DNA of 64,000 nucleotides from assembly GCA_023129715.1 (NCBI GenBank), contig JAGMBO010000032.1, positions 22,057 through 86,056 on the forward strand, given 5' to 3'. Position 1 is the first letter of the stretch. Every line of letters begins with the position of its first letter. The notes under the pieces are model-generated. The model had not been told where the DNA came from. It did not search any database and saw nothing but the letters and a program-made list of their open reading frames with translations. This document shows, in pieces, positions 54,486 to 63,499 of the stretch. The translations under genes were made by a program, and so were the position numbers. The DNA is from Candidatus Eiseniibacteriota bacterium. GTDB taxonomy: Bacteria; Eisenbacteria; RBG-16-71-46; CAIMUX01; WJJG01.

Positions 54486-57394
54486 TGGGTCGACATCCCG
54501 GCAGGCGACCGGGAGAGGCCCCGCGGATGAACATGGACACGGCAAGGAAGGCGGGCTGGAAGATGGTCAAGAAGACGCCCAAGAGCGCAGCCAGAAAGAC
54601 AGCCAGAAAGACGGCCAAGAAGGCGGTCAAGAAGGCAGTCAGGAAGACGGCCCGGAAGCCTGCCGGAAGGACGGCCAAGAAGGCTGCCAAGAGGGCTGCC
54701 AGGAAGACGACCAGGACAGTTGCCAAGAAGGTCTCCAGGAAGACGGCCAAGAAGGCAGCCGGGAAGACGACCAAGAGAGCGGCGCCGAAGCGCGCCCGCC
54801 GCACTAAGGGAGCCGCCAAGAACAGCGCCGCGCGAGCTCTCGTTGGTCGCCCGGGGGCTACGCGCAAGGCTGCCGCCCGCAAGGTCGCCATCCGCAAGGG
54901 CGGCGTGCGTAAGGAGACGCGCCCGACGAAGAAGACCGCGTCCCACGCCCATGTCGATCTCGAGCGCTTCGCCGTCGACCCGGCGGATCTGCGTTGGCGC
55001 TGCGACTTCGGCGGGTTCGGTTTCGCCTCGACCGAGGAACTGCCGACCTTCGAGGGCATCATCGGCCAGGATCGGGCGATGGATGCGATTCGCCTGGGAC
55101 TGAAGATGCGCAGCAAAGGCTACAACATTTACGTGGCCGGGTATCCCGGGACCGGCAAGATGACGACGATCCGGCACCTGCTGAAAACCGTCGAGACCGG
55201 CCGCCGGATTCCGCCCGATATCGTATACGTCAACAACTTCCGCGATTCCGACATGCCGCGGGCCCTGCTGCTTCCGGCGGGCCAGGGCTGCCGCCTGCGC
55301 GACGACATGAAGACCCTGGTCACCAACGTGCAGCGCAACATCGCGCAGATCTACGAGAGCGAAGACTACAAGGAGCGCATGAAGGCGCTGATCGAGGAGT
55401 ACAAGGAGCGGGAGAAGACCTACTTGCGCGACTTCGAGGAGCGCATCCGTAAGGAGAACTTCGCCCTCATCCAAGTGCAGCTCGGTCCCTTCTCCAAGCC
55501 CGAGATCGCCCCGATCATCGCCGGCGAGCCGGTGCAGATGGAGCGCCTCGACACCCTGACGCATCAGGGCAAGTTCGGCAAGGAAGAGTACGACCGGCTG
55601 AGAGAGAAGTACGAGGACCTGACCACCGATATGGAGAAGGCCTTCAAGGCCTCCCGGAACCTGAAGCGCGAGCTGCGTGAGGCGATGGCGAAGATCCAGA
55701 AGGAGTTCGGCTCCCCGGCGGTGACCGACTACATCAAGGATCTGAAGAGCGAGTACGACGATCCCGGGGTTCTCGAGTACCTCAAGGAAGCCCAGGAGGA
55801 GATCCTCAATAACATGGAGCGCTTCACCGACGGCGACGACGGAGAAGAGCAGAAGAAGCCACAGCAGGGCCAGCCTCAGTCGGAGGCCTTGGACGACCGC
55901 TTCCGCGACTTTTCGGTCAATGTGCTGGTCGACAACTCGGCGACCAAGGAACCGCCGATGATCATCGAGACTAGCCCCAACTACCGCAACCTCTTCGGCG
56001 CCATCGACCGCGTTGTCGACCGCTCGGGCCACTGGGTGAGCGATTTCACGCGCATCAAGGCGGGAAGTCTGATGCGGGCCAATGGCGGCACGCTGGTCAT
56101 CAACCTAATGGATGCGATCGTCGAGCCGGGGGTCTGGATCGGATTGAAGCGCACCCTGAAGCATCAGAAGATCGACATCCAGAGTTTCGACCCCTTCTAC
56201 CTCTACTCGGTCTCGGTGATCAAGCCCGAGCCGATTCCGCTCGACTTGAAGGTGGTCGTCGTCGGTGACCGGCACGCCTATCACATCCTCTACAACTACG
56301 ACGACGACTTCCGGAAGATCTTCAAGGTCAAGGCCGAGTTCGACACCGAGATGCGCTGCACCGAGGAGAATGTCCAGAAATACGTCAACTTCGCGCGCAA
56401 GATCACTAGTGAGGAGAAGCTTTTGCCCCTGGATGCCAGGGGGGTCGGAGCCCTCATCGAGCACGGCATCCGCCTCGCCGGACGCCAGAACCGCCTGACC
56501 ACGCGCTTCAGCATCATCGCCGACGTGATCCGCGAGGGTGACCTGTGGGCGCGTGAGGCGCAGGCGGCGCGCATTGGGGCCGAGCACATCCACCAGGCAG
56601 TCTCGGCGCGTGACGAGCGGGTGCGGCTAACCGAGGAGAAGCTGCAAGAGCTGATCGACGAGAACGTCATTCTGATCGACACAGAGGGGGCCGAGATCGG
56701 CCAGGTCAACGGCCTCTCGGTTCTCGATCTCGGCGACTACGCCTTCGGGCGCCCCTCGCGCATCACGGCCAAGGTCTCGCTGGGCCGCGCGGGGATCGTC
56801 AACATCGATCGCGAGGCGGAGCTCTCGGGCAAGACTCACAACAAGGGCGTACTGATCCTCACAGGCTACTTCCGCAGTCTCTTCGCCGGGGAGTTGCCCC
56901 TGGCGATCAACGCCACGATCTGCTTCGAGCAGTCCTATGGCGGGATCGACGGCGACAGCGCCTCTTCGACCGAGATGTACGCGCTGCTCTCCGCCCTCTC
57001 CGGCGTGCCCCTGCGCCAAGACATCGCGGTAACGGGAAGCATGAACCAGAACGGGATCAGCCAGCCGATCGGCGGGGTCAACGAGAAGATCGAGGGGTTC
57101 TACGAGGTCTGCAAGGCGCGCGGCCTGACCGGACGGCAGGGCGTGATGATCCCGCAGGCCAACGTTCCCGATCTGATGCTCAAGCCGGAGGTGAGCGATG
57201 CGGTGCGCGCGGGCCGGTTCCACATCTACGCGGTAGAGACGATTTCCCAAGGCATCGAGATCTTGACCGGACTTCCGGCGGGCGAGCCGGCCGCGGATGG
57301 GCGCTACCCGGAGGACTCGGTCTTTGGCCGCGTCGAGCGGGAGGTGCGGCGCTTCGCCGAGCTGAGCCGCTCCTTCAAGGTCCGGGAGGAGTAG
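54485..57394 (+). CDS. Lon-like (S16) AAA+ protease with a roughly 150-aa N-terminal histone-H1/AlgP-like lysine-rich KKAAK-repeat tail.
   Basis: N-terminus ARKTARKTAKKAVKKAVRKTARK... Walker A GYPGTGKMT. Ser-Lys dyad contexts DGDSASSTE and GGVNEKIEG. The track start is GTG 54485 (first ATG is 14 codons downstream at track coordinate 54527; both starts print 1 nt lower in the sequence because of the offset noted in the summary). Confidence 0.75.
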   Translation: MGRHPGRRPGEAPRMNMDTARKAGWKMVKKTPKSAARKTARKTAKKAVKKAVRKTARKPAGRTAKKAAKRAARKTTRTVAKKVSRKTAKKAAGKTTKRAAPKRARRTKGAAKNSAARALVGRPGATRKAAARKVAIRKGGVRKETRPTKKTASHAHVDLERFAVDPADLRWRCDFGGFGFASTEELPTFEGIIGQDRAMDAIRLGLKMRSKGYNIYVAGYPGTGKMTTIRHLLKTVETGRRIPPDIVYVNNFRDSDMPRALLLPAGQGCRLRDDMKTLVTNVQRNIAQIYESEDYKERMKALIEEYKEREKTYLRDFEERIRKENFALIQVQLGPFSKPEIAPIIAGEPVQMERLDTLTHQGKFGKEEYDRLREKYEDLTTDMEKAFKASRNLKRELREAMAKIQKEFGSPAVTDYIKDLKSEYDDPGVLEYLKEAQEEILNNMERFTDGDDGEEQKKPQQGQPQSEALDDRFRDFSVNVLVDNSATKEPPMIIETSPNYRNLFGAIDRVVDRSGHWVSDFTRIKAGSLMRANGGTLVINLMDAIVEPGVWIGLKRTLKHQKIDIQSFDPFYLYSVSVIKPEPIPLDLKVVVVGDRHAYHILYNYDDDFRKIFKVKAEFDTEMRCTEENVQKYVNFARKITSEEKLLPLDARGVGALIEHGIRLAGRQNRLTTRFSIIADVIREGDLWAREAQAARIGAEHIHQAVSARDERVRLTEEKLQELIDENVILIDTEGAEIGQVNGLSVLDLGDYAFGRPSRITAKVSLGRAGIVNIDREAELSGKTHNKGVLILTGYFRSLFAGELPLAINATICFEQSYGGIDGDSASSTEMYALLSALSGVPLRQDIAVTGSMNQNGISQPIGGVNEKIEGFYEVCKARGLTGRQGVMIPQANVPDLMLKPEVSDAVRAGRFHIYAVETISQGIEILTGLPAGEPAADGRYPEDSVFGRVEREVRRFAELSRSFKVREE

Positions 57395-57421
57395 CGCGCG
57401 GGAGCAGCCCGCGTACGACGG

Positions 57422-58450
57422 CTACGCGGGCAGCTCGTCTTTGGGAAGGGCCCGCTCGGGATCGAGGCCCCGGGCCGTGAGGGCCGCGCAGAGATCGACC
57501 GGCAGCGGGGCGGTCAGGGTCAGGGCCGTTCCATCCGTGGGGTGGCGGAAGCGCAGCTGATAGGCGTGCAGGGCCTGGCGCGGAAGCCCGAGCACGGCCT
57601 CCTCCGCGGGCGTCAGAGGCTCGTCGGCGATGAATTTCAAGAAGAAGCGCTCGCTGTGCCCGTAGACCTTGTCGCCGACGATCGGCAGACCGGCGGCCTT
57701 CAGGTGGACCCGGATCTGATGGAGCCGGCCAGTCTGGGGGCGGGCCTCGACCCATGCCCACCCGGTGCCCCGATGCAGCACACGCACTTCCGTGCGCGCT
57801 GCAAGGCCATCTTCACGCACCCCGACCGCCTTGCGGATCAGACTCCCTCGCGCGGGACCCAACGGCAGATCGATGAGGAAGCGCTCCGCGCGCGGTGAAC
57901 CGTCCACGAGTGCCAGGTAGCGCTTGTTGATCTGTCGCTCACGGAACTGCCGGGCGAGCTCGGCGGTGGCCGCGCGGCTGCGGCCGAAGAGCAGGAGCCC
58001 GCTCGTCTCGCGGTCGATGCGGTGAACGATGCGCAGCTGCGGCCATTCCGGGTGCTCGGCAAGCAGCATGTGCAGCAAGGTGTGGTGGAAGTAGCGCCCC
58101 GAGGGATGGATGGGCAGGTTGCCGCTCTTGGCGACGGCGACGAGAACGGGATCGCAGTAGAGAACCTGGTAGTTGCGATCGATCGGCGGCTCGGGCCGCT
58201 TGCGCGGGACATAGCCGATGCGATCACCGCTGCGCAGCGGCCGCGCGGGACGCACCGCCGTCTCGTTGACCGTGATGCGCCCCTCGCGGATCATGCGCCG
58301 CCACTGGGTCCGCGAACGATAGGTGAAGCGGTGGGCGAGATAGCGATCCAGACGGATGCCGACATGCACGGGGGCAACCTGAGTGCGCCCGTGACGGACC
58401 CAGCCTCGGATCGTATCGCGATGCGCCTGGTTGGGGTCGGGTGTTTTCAT
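57422..58450 (-). CDS. RluA-family 23S rRNA/tRNA pseudouridine synthase (RluD/RluC-like, S4 plus catalytic domain).
   Basis: HRIDRETSGLLLFGRS (catalytic Asp motif) and YLALVDG. Start assigned to ATG 58450; uncertain. Confidence 0.75.
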   Translation of the reverse strand: MKTPDPNQAHRDTIRGWVRHGRTQVAPVHVGIRLDRYLAHRFTYRSRTQWRRMIREGRITVNETAVRPARPLRSGDRIGYVPRKRPEPPIDRNYQVLYCDPVLVAVAKSGNLPIHPSGRYFHHTLLHMLLAEHPEWPQLRIVHRIDRETSGLLLFGRSRAATAELARQFRERQINKRYLALVDGSPRAERFLIDLPLGPARGSLIRKAVGVREDGLAARTEVRVLHRGTGWAWVEARPQTGRLHQIRVHLKAAGLPIVGDKVYGHSERFFLKFIADEPLTPAEEAVLGLPRQALHAYQLRFRHPTDGTALTLTAPLPVDLCAALTARGLDPERALPKDELPA

Positions 58451-58572
58451 CGGTGGATAGCCTACCCCCGCGGGCGGGGCCTCCGCCAGCCTCGCCTCCA
58501 TGCGCCCGCGCCGGCGGTGGCACGCCGGCTCCCGTCGTTGCCCTTCCGTGCTCGACTGCCTACACTGCGCGC

Positions 58573-59526
58573 ATGGAGACGATCACCGGGGTCGTCATCG
58601 CGGTGCGGCCGCGGTGGGTACTCGCGCGCACGTCCATGGGGGAGATTGCCTGTGATGTTCCCCGGCGATTCATGCGCGGCGTGCGTGGAGAGCGCACGCC
58701 GTTGGCCGTCGGCGACCGCGGCACGATCGAGATCGACCCCAGCGGTCGGGGGCGCGTCATCAAACGGGATCCACGGCGCACGAAAGTTGCCCGGCTTGGG
58801 TCGCGGCGTCCGCTGCGCGAACATGTCATCGCCGCCAATGTCGACCAGCTGCTTGCCCTGCAGTCGATCGCCGAGCCGGACTTCAACGCCCATGGGCTCG
58901 ACCGGCTCCTTCTGTTGGGGGAAGTGGGCGGCGTGCGCCCCGCGGTCTGTTTGAACAAGATCGACTTGAACGACCCCGCGGGCACGACCGATCGGCTCGC
59001 GCCCTATCGCCAAGCCGGATACCCCTGCTTCTGGGTCTGCGCGCTCTCCGGGGAAGGACTGGACGAACTGGCCGCCTTTCTTGCCGGTCGGGAGACCGTC
59101 CTCCTGGGGCCCAGCGGGGTCGGCAAGTCGACGCTGCTCAACCGCCTGCTGCCCGAGGCGGCCCAGCGCACGGCCGAGGTCAGCAAGGCGACCGGCCGCG
59201 GCATCCATACGACCACACGCGTCGACTACCTCGACCTCCCCGGCGGCGGCGCCGTGCTCGACACCCCCGGCATCCGCACCATCCAGCCCTTTGGCATCGC
59301 GCCCGCCGAACTGGCGGTGCACTTTCCGGAATTCCGGAAAGTGCTCGGCGAATGCCACTTCAAGGATTGCCATCATGCCGGAGAGCCGGGATGCGCGGTC
59401 GCCGCGGCAGTGGCGGCGGGGCGCATTCATCCTGCGCGTTATGAGAGCTATGGCCGCATTCTGGAAGGACTAAGGTGCGACGGGCAGACGCCCGCCGCTG
59501 CGCAGGCGCATCCCGATGGCGAATAG
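58573..59526 (+). CDS. rsgA: Ribosome small-subunit-dependent GTPase A.
   Basis: Circularly permuted GTPase: NKIDL (G4) before GPSGVGKSTLLN (G1), then DTPG. Zn-finger CHFKDCHHAGEPGCAV. Confidence 0.85.
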   Translation: METITGVVIAVRPRWVLARTSMGEIACDVPRRFMRGVRGERTPLAVGDRGTIEIDPSGRGRVIKRDPRRTKVARLGSRRPLREHVIAANVDQLLALQSIAEPDFNAHGLDRLLLLGEVGGVRPAVCLNKIDLNDPAGTTDRLAPYRQAGYPCFWVCALSGEGLDELAAFLAGRETVLLGPSGVGKSTLLNRLLPEAAQRTAEVSKATGRGIHTTTRVDYLDLPGGGAVLDTPGIRTIQPFGIAPAELAVHFPEFRKVLGECHFKDCHHAGEPGCAVAAAVAAGRIHPARYESYGRILEGLRCDGQTPAAAQAHPDGE

Positions 59527-60069
59527 CTCACCCTCTTCGGGAATCGGCTCGGGCAGGCGGGCGATCCAGGCCCGCCGGTGGCCCCAGTGCAGGGCGGTCG
59601 AGCGGTCGGCGAACCAGATGTCTCCGCGGTTGCGCCAGCGCGCGTTCATCGTGTCCTCGACAATGAAGACACCCACGCCGGGGAGCATCACGTAGTCGCC
59701 GAAATCGAAGGGTGCGCCGGGCGTGAAGGTGCGCAAGAGGTCGCGCGAGAGGGCCAGGCAGCCTTGACGGACACGCGTCATCGATGCGGTCAGAAACGGG
59801 GTGCTGTCGGTTTCTCTACGGCTGCTGGTGTAGCCGGTGACGACGATCTTGCGGAATTCCAGATTGTCCCCGTGGGCGAGGGGGAGGAAGGCTACGGGCG
59901 GTGAGGCGGGAGGCGTCTCGGTATCCGTCGCCGGGCACAGGGCCTCCGCGCCCGAGGACGCAGGCACGAGCGGGCCCCTCGCAACCAACCAGCCCACGCC
60001 GATGGCGAGCAGCGCCGCGACCAGGGGGAGTCCCACGAGGATCCCTATCGTGCGTCGGCTGATCATCAT
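59470..60069 (-). CDS. 3D-domain (MltA-like double-psi beta-barrel) cell-wall-associated protein with N-terminal membrane anchor.
   Basis: KIVVTGYTSSRRETDSTPFLTASMTRV...GDYVMLPGVGVFIVEDT, with the three conserved Asp pattern. Convergent 57-nt overlap with the rsgA 3' end. Confidence 0.65.
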   Translation of the reverse strand: MMISRRTIGILVGLPLVAALLAIGVGWLVARGPLVPASSGAEALCPATDTETPPASPPVAFLPLAHGDNLEFRKIVVTGYTSSRRETDSTPFLTASMTRVRQGCLALSRDLLRTFTPGAPFDFGDYVMLPGVGVFIVEDTMNARWRNRGDIWFADRSTALHWGHRRAWIARLPEPIPEEGELFAIGMRLRSGGRLPVAP

Positions 60070-60484
60070 TCCGATTCCTGCGTCCGTTCTCCTGCTGGGG
60101 ATCTTCGTGCGGGTTGCTGCGGCCGGCCACCTGCAACTCGCGAGCATCGCATGGTTCGCTTCACTCTGACTCATGACGTCGCGGCGCGCCCTGGCGCCCT
60201 ACGGGCGAATCATACCCAGGGAGGTTGGGGAAGGTTTCCTCCTTCACGGTCGGAACCTGCGACCGGCGCATTCACGCCGACCAAGCAGCAATGATAGCCG
60301 ATTTGGGGCCTGGAGGTCAAATCTTGATGGCGCCCGGTGGCCTATGCTCTCATGAGAAAGGAGGTTGCGGCCTGAATTGGGCTTGCGGAGGGGGAGGGCA
60401 CGCCCTAAGATCATGCGTGGTGGGTTTCCTCCTTGGCTGTACGCATCACGCAGTCCCGCAAGCACGACTGGCTCGGAAGGTCCT

Positions 60485-61384
60485 ATGTCTGATTTGCCGG
60501 CGGCCTTGGCGTTTCTCGGAGTGCAAGAGCCCTTCGAGAAAGCGTCGGTGGCTGTCCTTCCCGTTCCCTACGACCTGACGACCACCTATCAGCCGGGCGC
60601 CCGCTTCGGCCCGCGCGCGATCCTGACCGCATCTCTCGATGTCGAGCTCTTCGACGACGAACTGCGCTGGGATCCGAGTCGGGCCGGGATTCATACCCTC
60701 GATCCTCTCGAGCCGATTGCCTCTGGCCCCGAGGCGATGGTGGGACTCATCGCCGGCGCGGTTCGCGGCGTTTTCCATGCCGGCAAGTTTCCTCTGCTGC
60801 TTGGGGGCGATCACTCGATCACCATCGGTGCGCTGGCCGCCGTCCACACCGACTGGGAGAATCCCTGGATTCTGCACTTCGATGCCCACGCCGACTTGCG
60901 CGAGGAGTATCAGGGCACACCCTTCAGTCATGCCTGTGTGATGGCGCGCGCCCGCGAGTCGTTCGAGTGCATGCAGGTCGGAGTTCGGAGCTGGAGCGAG
61001 GAAGAGGACGCGGTGCTGTGGGAACGCCCCGAGCGCGTGCTGCGCGTTGCCGATGTCGAGGGGAACTTGGGAACCGCGGCGGCGCGGCTCTGTGAGGTGC
61101 TCGGGGATCCGGTCTACGTGACGGTCGATCTCGACTGCCTCGACCCGGCGATCATGCCGGCGACCGGTACGCCCGAGCCCGGGGGCCTCAGCTGGCGGGC
61201 GCTGACTTACCTGCTGCGGGTTGTTGCCGAGCAGCGGCATGTCGTCGGTTTCGATGTCACCGAACTGAGTCCGATACCGGGGCTGATTGCCCCCGACTTC
61301 CTGGCTGCGCGTCTGGCCGCGAAGATGATCGGATACGTTTTTCACCCACGTCCGGACAGGCTGAGCTCGTCAGGGGGATCGTGA
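60485..61384 (+). CDS. speB: Agmatinase / ureohydrolase (arginase family).
   Basis: GGDHSIT, HFDAHADL, DLDCLDP and SPIPGL metal-binding motifs. Confidence 0.85.
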   Translation: MSDLPAALAFLGVQEPFEKASVAVLPVPYDLTTTYQPGARFGPRAILTASLDVELFDDELRWDPSRAGIHTLDPLEPIASGPEAMVGLIAGAVRGVFHAGKFPLLLGGDHSITIGALAAVHTDWENPWILHFDAHADLREEYQGTPFSHACVMARARESFECMQVGVRSWSEEEDAVLWERPERVLRVADVEGNLGTAAARLCEVLGDPVYVTVDLDCLDPAIMPATGTPEPGGLSWRALTYLLRVVAEQRHVVGFDVTELSPIPGLIAPDFLAARLAAKMIGYVFHPRPDRLSSSGGS

Positions 61385-61950
61385 TGGTACGTACCGGAGT
61401 GGACGAGTCGTTGGGGCGACGGATTCGCAAGATCCGCCAGGAGAAGGGGCTCACCCTGCGAGCGGTGCAACAGCGCGCCCGGGTTAGTGCCACGCATGTG
61501 AGTGAGATCGAGCGGAGCAAGACCTCCCCGACAGTGGGTGTGCTCGAACGCATCGCCTCGGCGCTCAGCGTGGAGGCGTCCGTGCTGCTCGACCTGCCGC
61601 CCCGCGTGGAAGCGCTGCTGCGAACGCCCGAGACACGGCGCCGCGCCTCGCTCGCGCGGGGCGGTGCCGTGATCGAGGGACTGACCCACGGTCATGGACC
61701 GGCCGAACTGGGCGTGCACCTTGTTTCCCTGACGCCCGACTGTGTGTTCCTTACCGAGAACGCTCATGAAGGCGAGGAGTTCTGCTACGTGCTCGAAGGC
61801 ATGCTCGAGGTTCGTCTCGACGGCGTGCCCTATATCGTCCGCTCTGGTGAGGCCCTGCACTTCCGACCGCGGGCCACGCACGAGGTGCGCAACCCTACCG
61901 GGGCCCCGGTGCGTTTCATCTGGGCGGGACGGCCGCGGGCCGCGCTCTAG
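61384..61950 (+). CDS. XRE-family HTH transcriptional regulator with C-terminal cupin domain (PuuR-like).
   Basis: HTH LTLRAVQQRARVSATHVSEIERSKTSPTVGVLERIASAL plus a cupin region. Start overlaps the speB stop (TGATG). Confidence 0.75.
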   Translation: MVRTGVDESLGRRIRKIRQEKGLTLRAVQQRARVSATHVSEIERSKTSPTVGVLERIASALSVEASVLLDLPPRVEALLRTPETRRRASLARGGAVIEGLTHGHGPAELGVHLVSLTPDCVFLTENAHEGEEFCYVLEGMLEVRLDGVPYIVRSGEALHFRPRATHEVRNPTGAPVRFIWAGRPRAAL

Positions 61951-61964
61951 GGAGGAATGGGAAG

Positions 61965-62567
61965 ATGCCGACCAAGCAGGTGCTCGCCCGACGGATCCGG
62001 GAAACGCGGCTCAAGCGCAAGATGACCCTGAAACAGGTTGAGCAGCTCTCGGGGTTTTCATCCACGCACATCAGCGAAATCGAACGCGGACGGACGAGTC
62101 CCACGATTGCCGCCTTGAGTCAGATCGCGCAGGCGTTAGGGAAAGACCCCTGCTACTTCATCGAGGAGCAGGAAATGGAGGACGTGGCGCTATCGGTGTC
62201 CGATCCGGAACTCTGCGCGAAAGTAGTTCGCGGACCGCTCGAGATCCAGAGCCTCTCAGCGGGCGTCCTGACGAGTCGCCTGCGGTTCTACCGTCTCCGG
62301 ATTCGCTCGCCCTTCAAGGGGCGGCTCGACGAGATCGGCGCCGGGGATGTCTGCTTCTACATGCTCGGCGGGACGCTCCAGGTGTGGCGAGGTGCCGAAG
62401 CCTTCCGGCTCGGGGCGGGCAGCAGTCTGCATGCCCAATTCGCGCAGCCCCCGGGGCTTGAGGTCACCGGCGGAGCGGCCGAGGTCTTCATCAGTGTCGA
62501 TCCCGCCGGCCTGCCCGCGGACTCGGGCACGAGCGCCCCGCCGCGTCCGGTCGGGGAACGCAGATGA
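61965..62567 (+). CDS. Second XRE-family HTH/cupin regulator (paralog of the previous).
   Basis: MTLKQVEQLSGFSSTHISEIERGRTSPTIAALSQIAQAL. Same architecture. Confidence 0.75.
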   Translation: MPTKQVLARRIRETRLKRKMTLKQVEQLSGFSSTHISEIERGRTSPTIAALSQIAQALGKDPCYFIEEQEMEDVALSVSDPELCAKVVRGPLEIQSLSAGVLTSRLRFYRLRIRSPFKGRLDEIGAGDVCFYMLGGTLQVWRGAEAFRLGAGSSLHAQFAQPPGLEVTGGAAEVFISVDPAGLPADSGTSAPPRPVGERR

Positions 62568-62571
62568 GGGG

Positions 62572-63396
62572 TTAGTCGGGGGGCGCGGTGAGTTCCTCGC
62601 CCTTGGCTTGTTGCCACGCGGCTTCCATCACCTCGAGATCGGCCTCCTCCAGATCGGTGCCTTTCCGTTCGAGCAAGGCCTCCATGCACGCGAAGCGCTG
62701 CTGGAACTTGCGCGTCGTCTGCTTGAGGAGCCTTTCCGGGTCTTCGCCGAAATGACGTGCCAGGTTGACCAGGGTGAACAGGAGGTCGCCGATCTCCTCC
62801 CGGATTGACCGGGTGCGTTCGGCCGAGGACTTCTCGCGCAACGCGCGGCCGAACTCCCGGCGTTCCTCGTCGAGCTTCTCCACGACCTGTGCGGCGTCGG
62901 GCCAATCGAAACCGAAACCGGCGGCCTTTTCTTGAACCCGGAAGGCCTCCAGTAGGGCAGGCAACGTTGGGGCACCACTCGAGAGCGGCCCCCGCCGGTC
63001 GCCCCGCCGGCGCTTCTCGGCCCGTTTGGCCGCTTCCCAGCGCTCACCCGCCTGGGCGGGAGACGGCGCCGCCCCCGGCTCGCGGAAGACGTGCGGATGG
63101 CGGCGGATCAGTTTTGTGGAGATTCCCTCGGCGACTTCGGCAAAGGTGAAGCGCGACTCTTCCTCCGCGATCGTGATCAGGAAGACGATCAGGTAGAGCA
63201 GATCCCCGAGTTCCTCGATCAGGCGCGGGCTCTCATTCGCTGCGATTGCCTCGAGTACCTCGTGCATCTCCTCGAGCAGGTAGGGCGTCAGGCTGCGAGT
63301 CGTCTGGGCCCGATCCCAGCTGCATCCATCCGGGGCGCGCAGCTGGCGACAGAGCCGGCGCAGCCCTTCCCAGTGATCGGAAGCTTGCTCGTTCAT
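62572..63396 (-). CDS. mazG: Nucleoside triphosphate pyrophosphohydrolase MazG (tandem MazG domains).
   Basis: EEMHEVLEAI...ELGDLLYLIVF and REEIGDLLFTLVNLARHFG (EExxE...D motifs, twice). Confidence 0.85.
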   Translation of the reverse strand: MNEQASDHWEGLRRLCRQLRAPDGCSWDRAQTTRSLTPYLLEEMHEVLEAIAANESPRLIEELGDLLYLIVFLITIAEEESRFTFAEVAEGISTKLIRRHPHVFREPGAAPSPAQAGERWEAAKRAEKRRRGDRRGPLSSGAPTLPALLEAFRVQEKAAGFGFDWPDAAQVVEKLDEERREFGRALREKSSAERTRSIREEIGDLLFTLVNLARHFGEDPERLLKQTTRKFQQRFACMEALLERKGTDLEEADLEVMEAAWQQAKGEELTAPPD

Positions 63397-63499
63397 GAAA
63401 TCACGCTACCATGCGCGTATCGGCGCCAGCAAGCGGTCGCGCGCACGAGGCGTGGACGGGCTTGGGCTAGCTGGGACCTCCAAGAGAACGGCGGCAACG

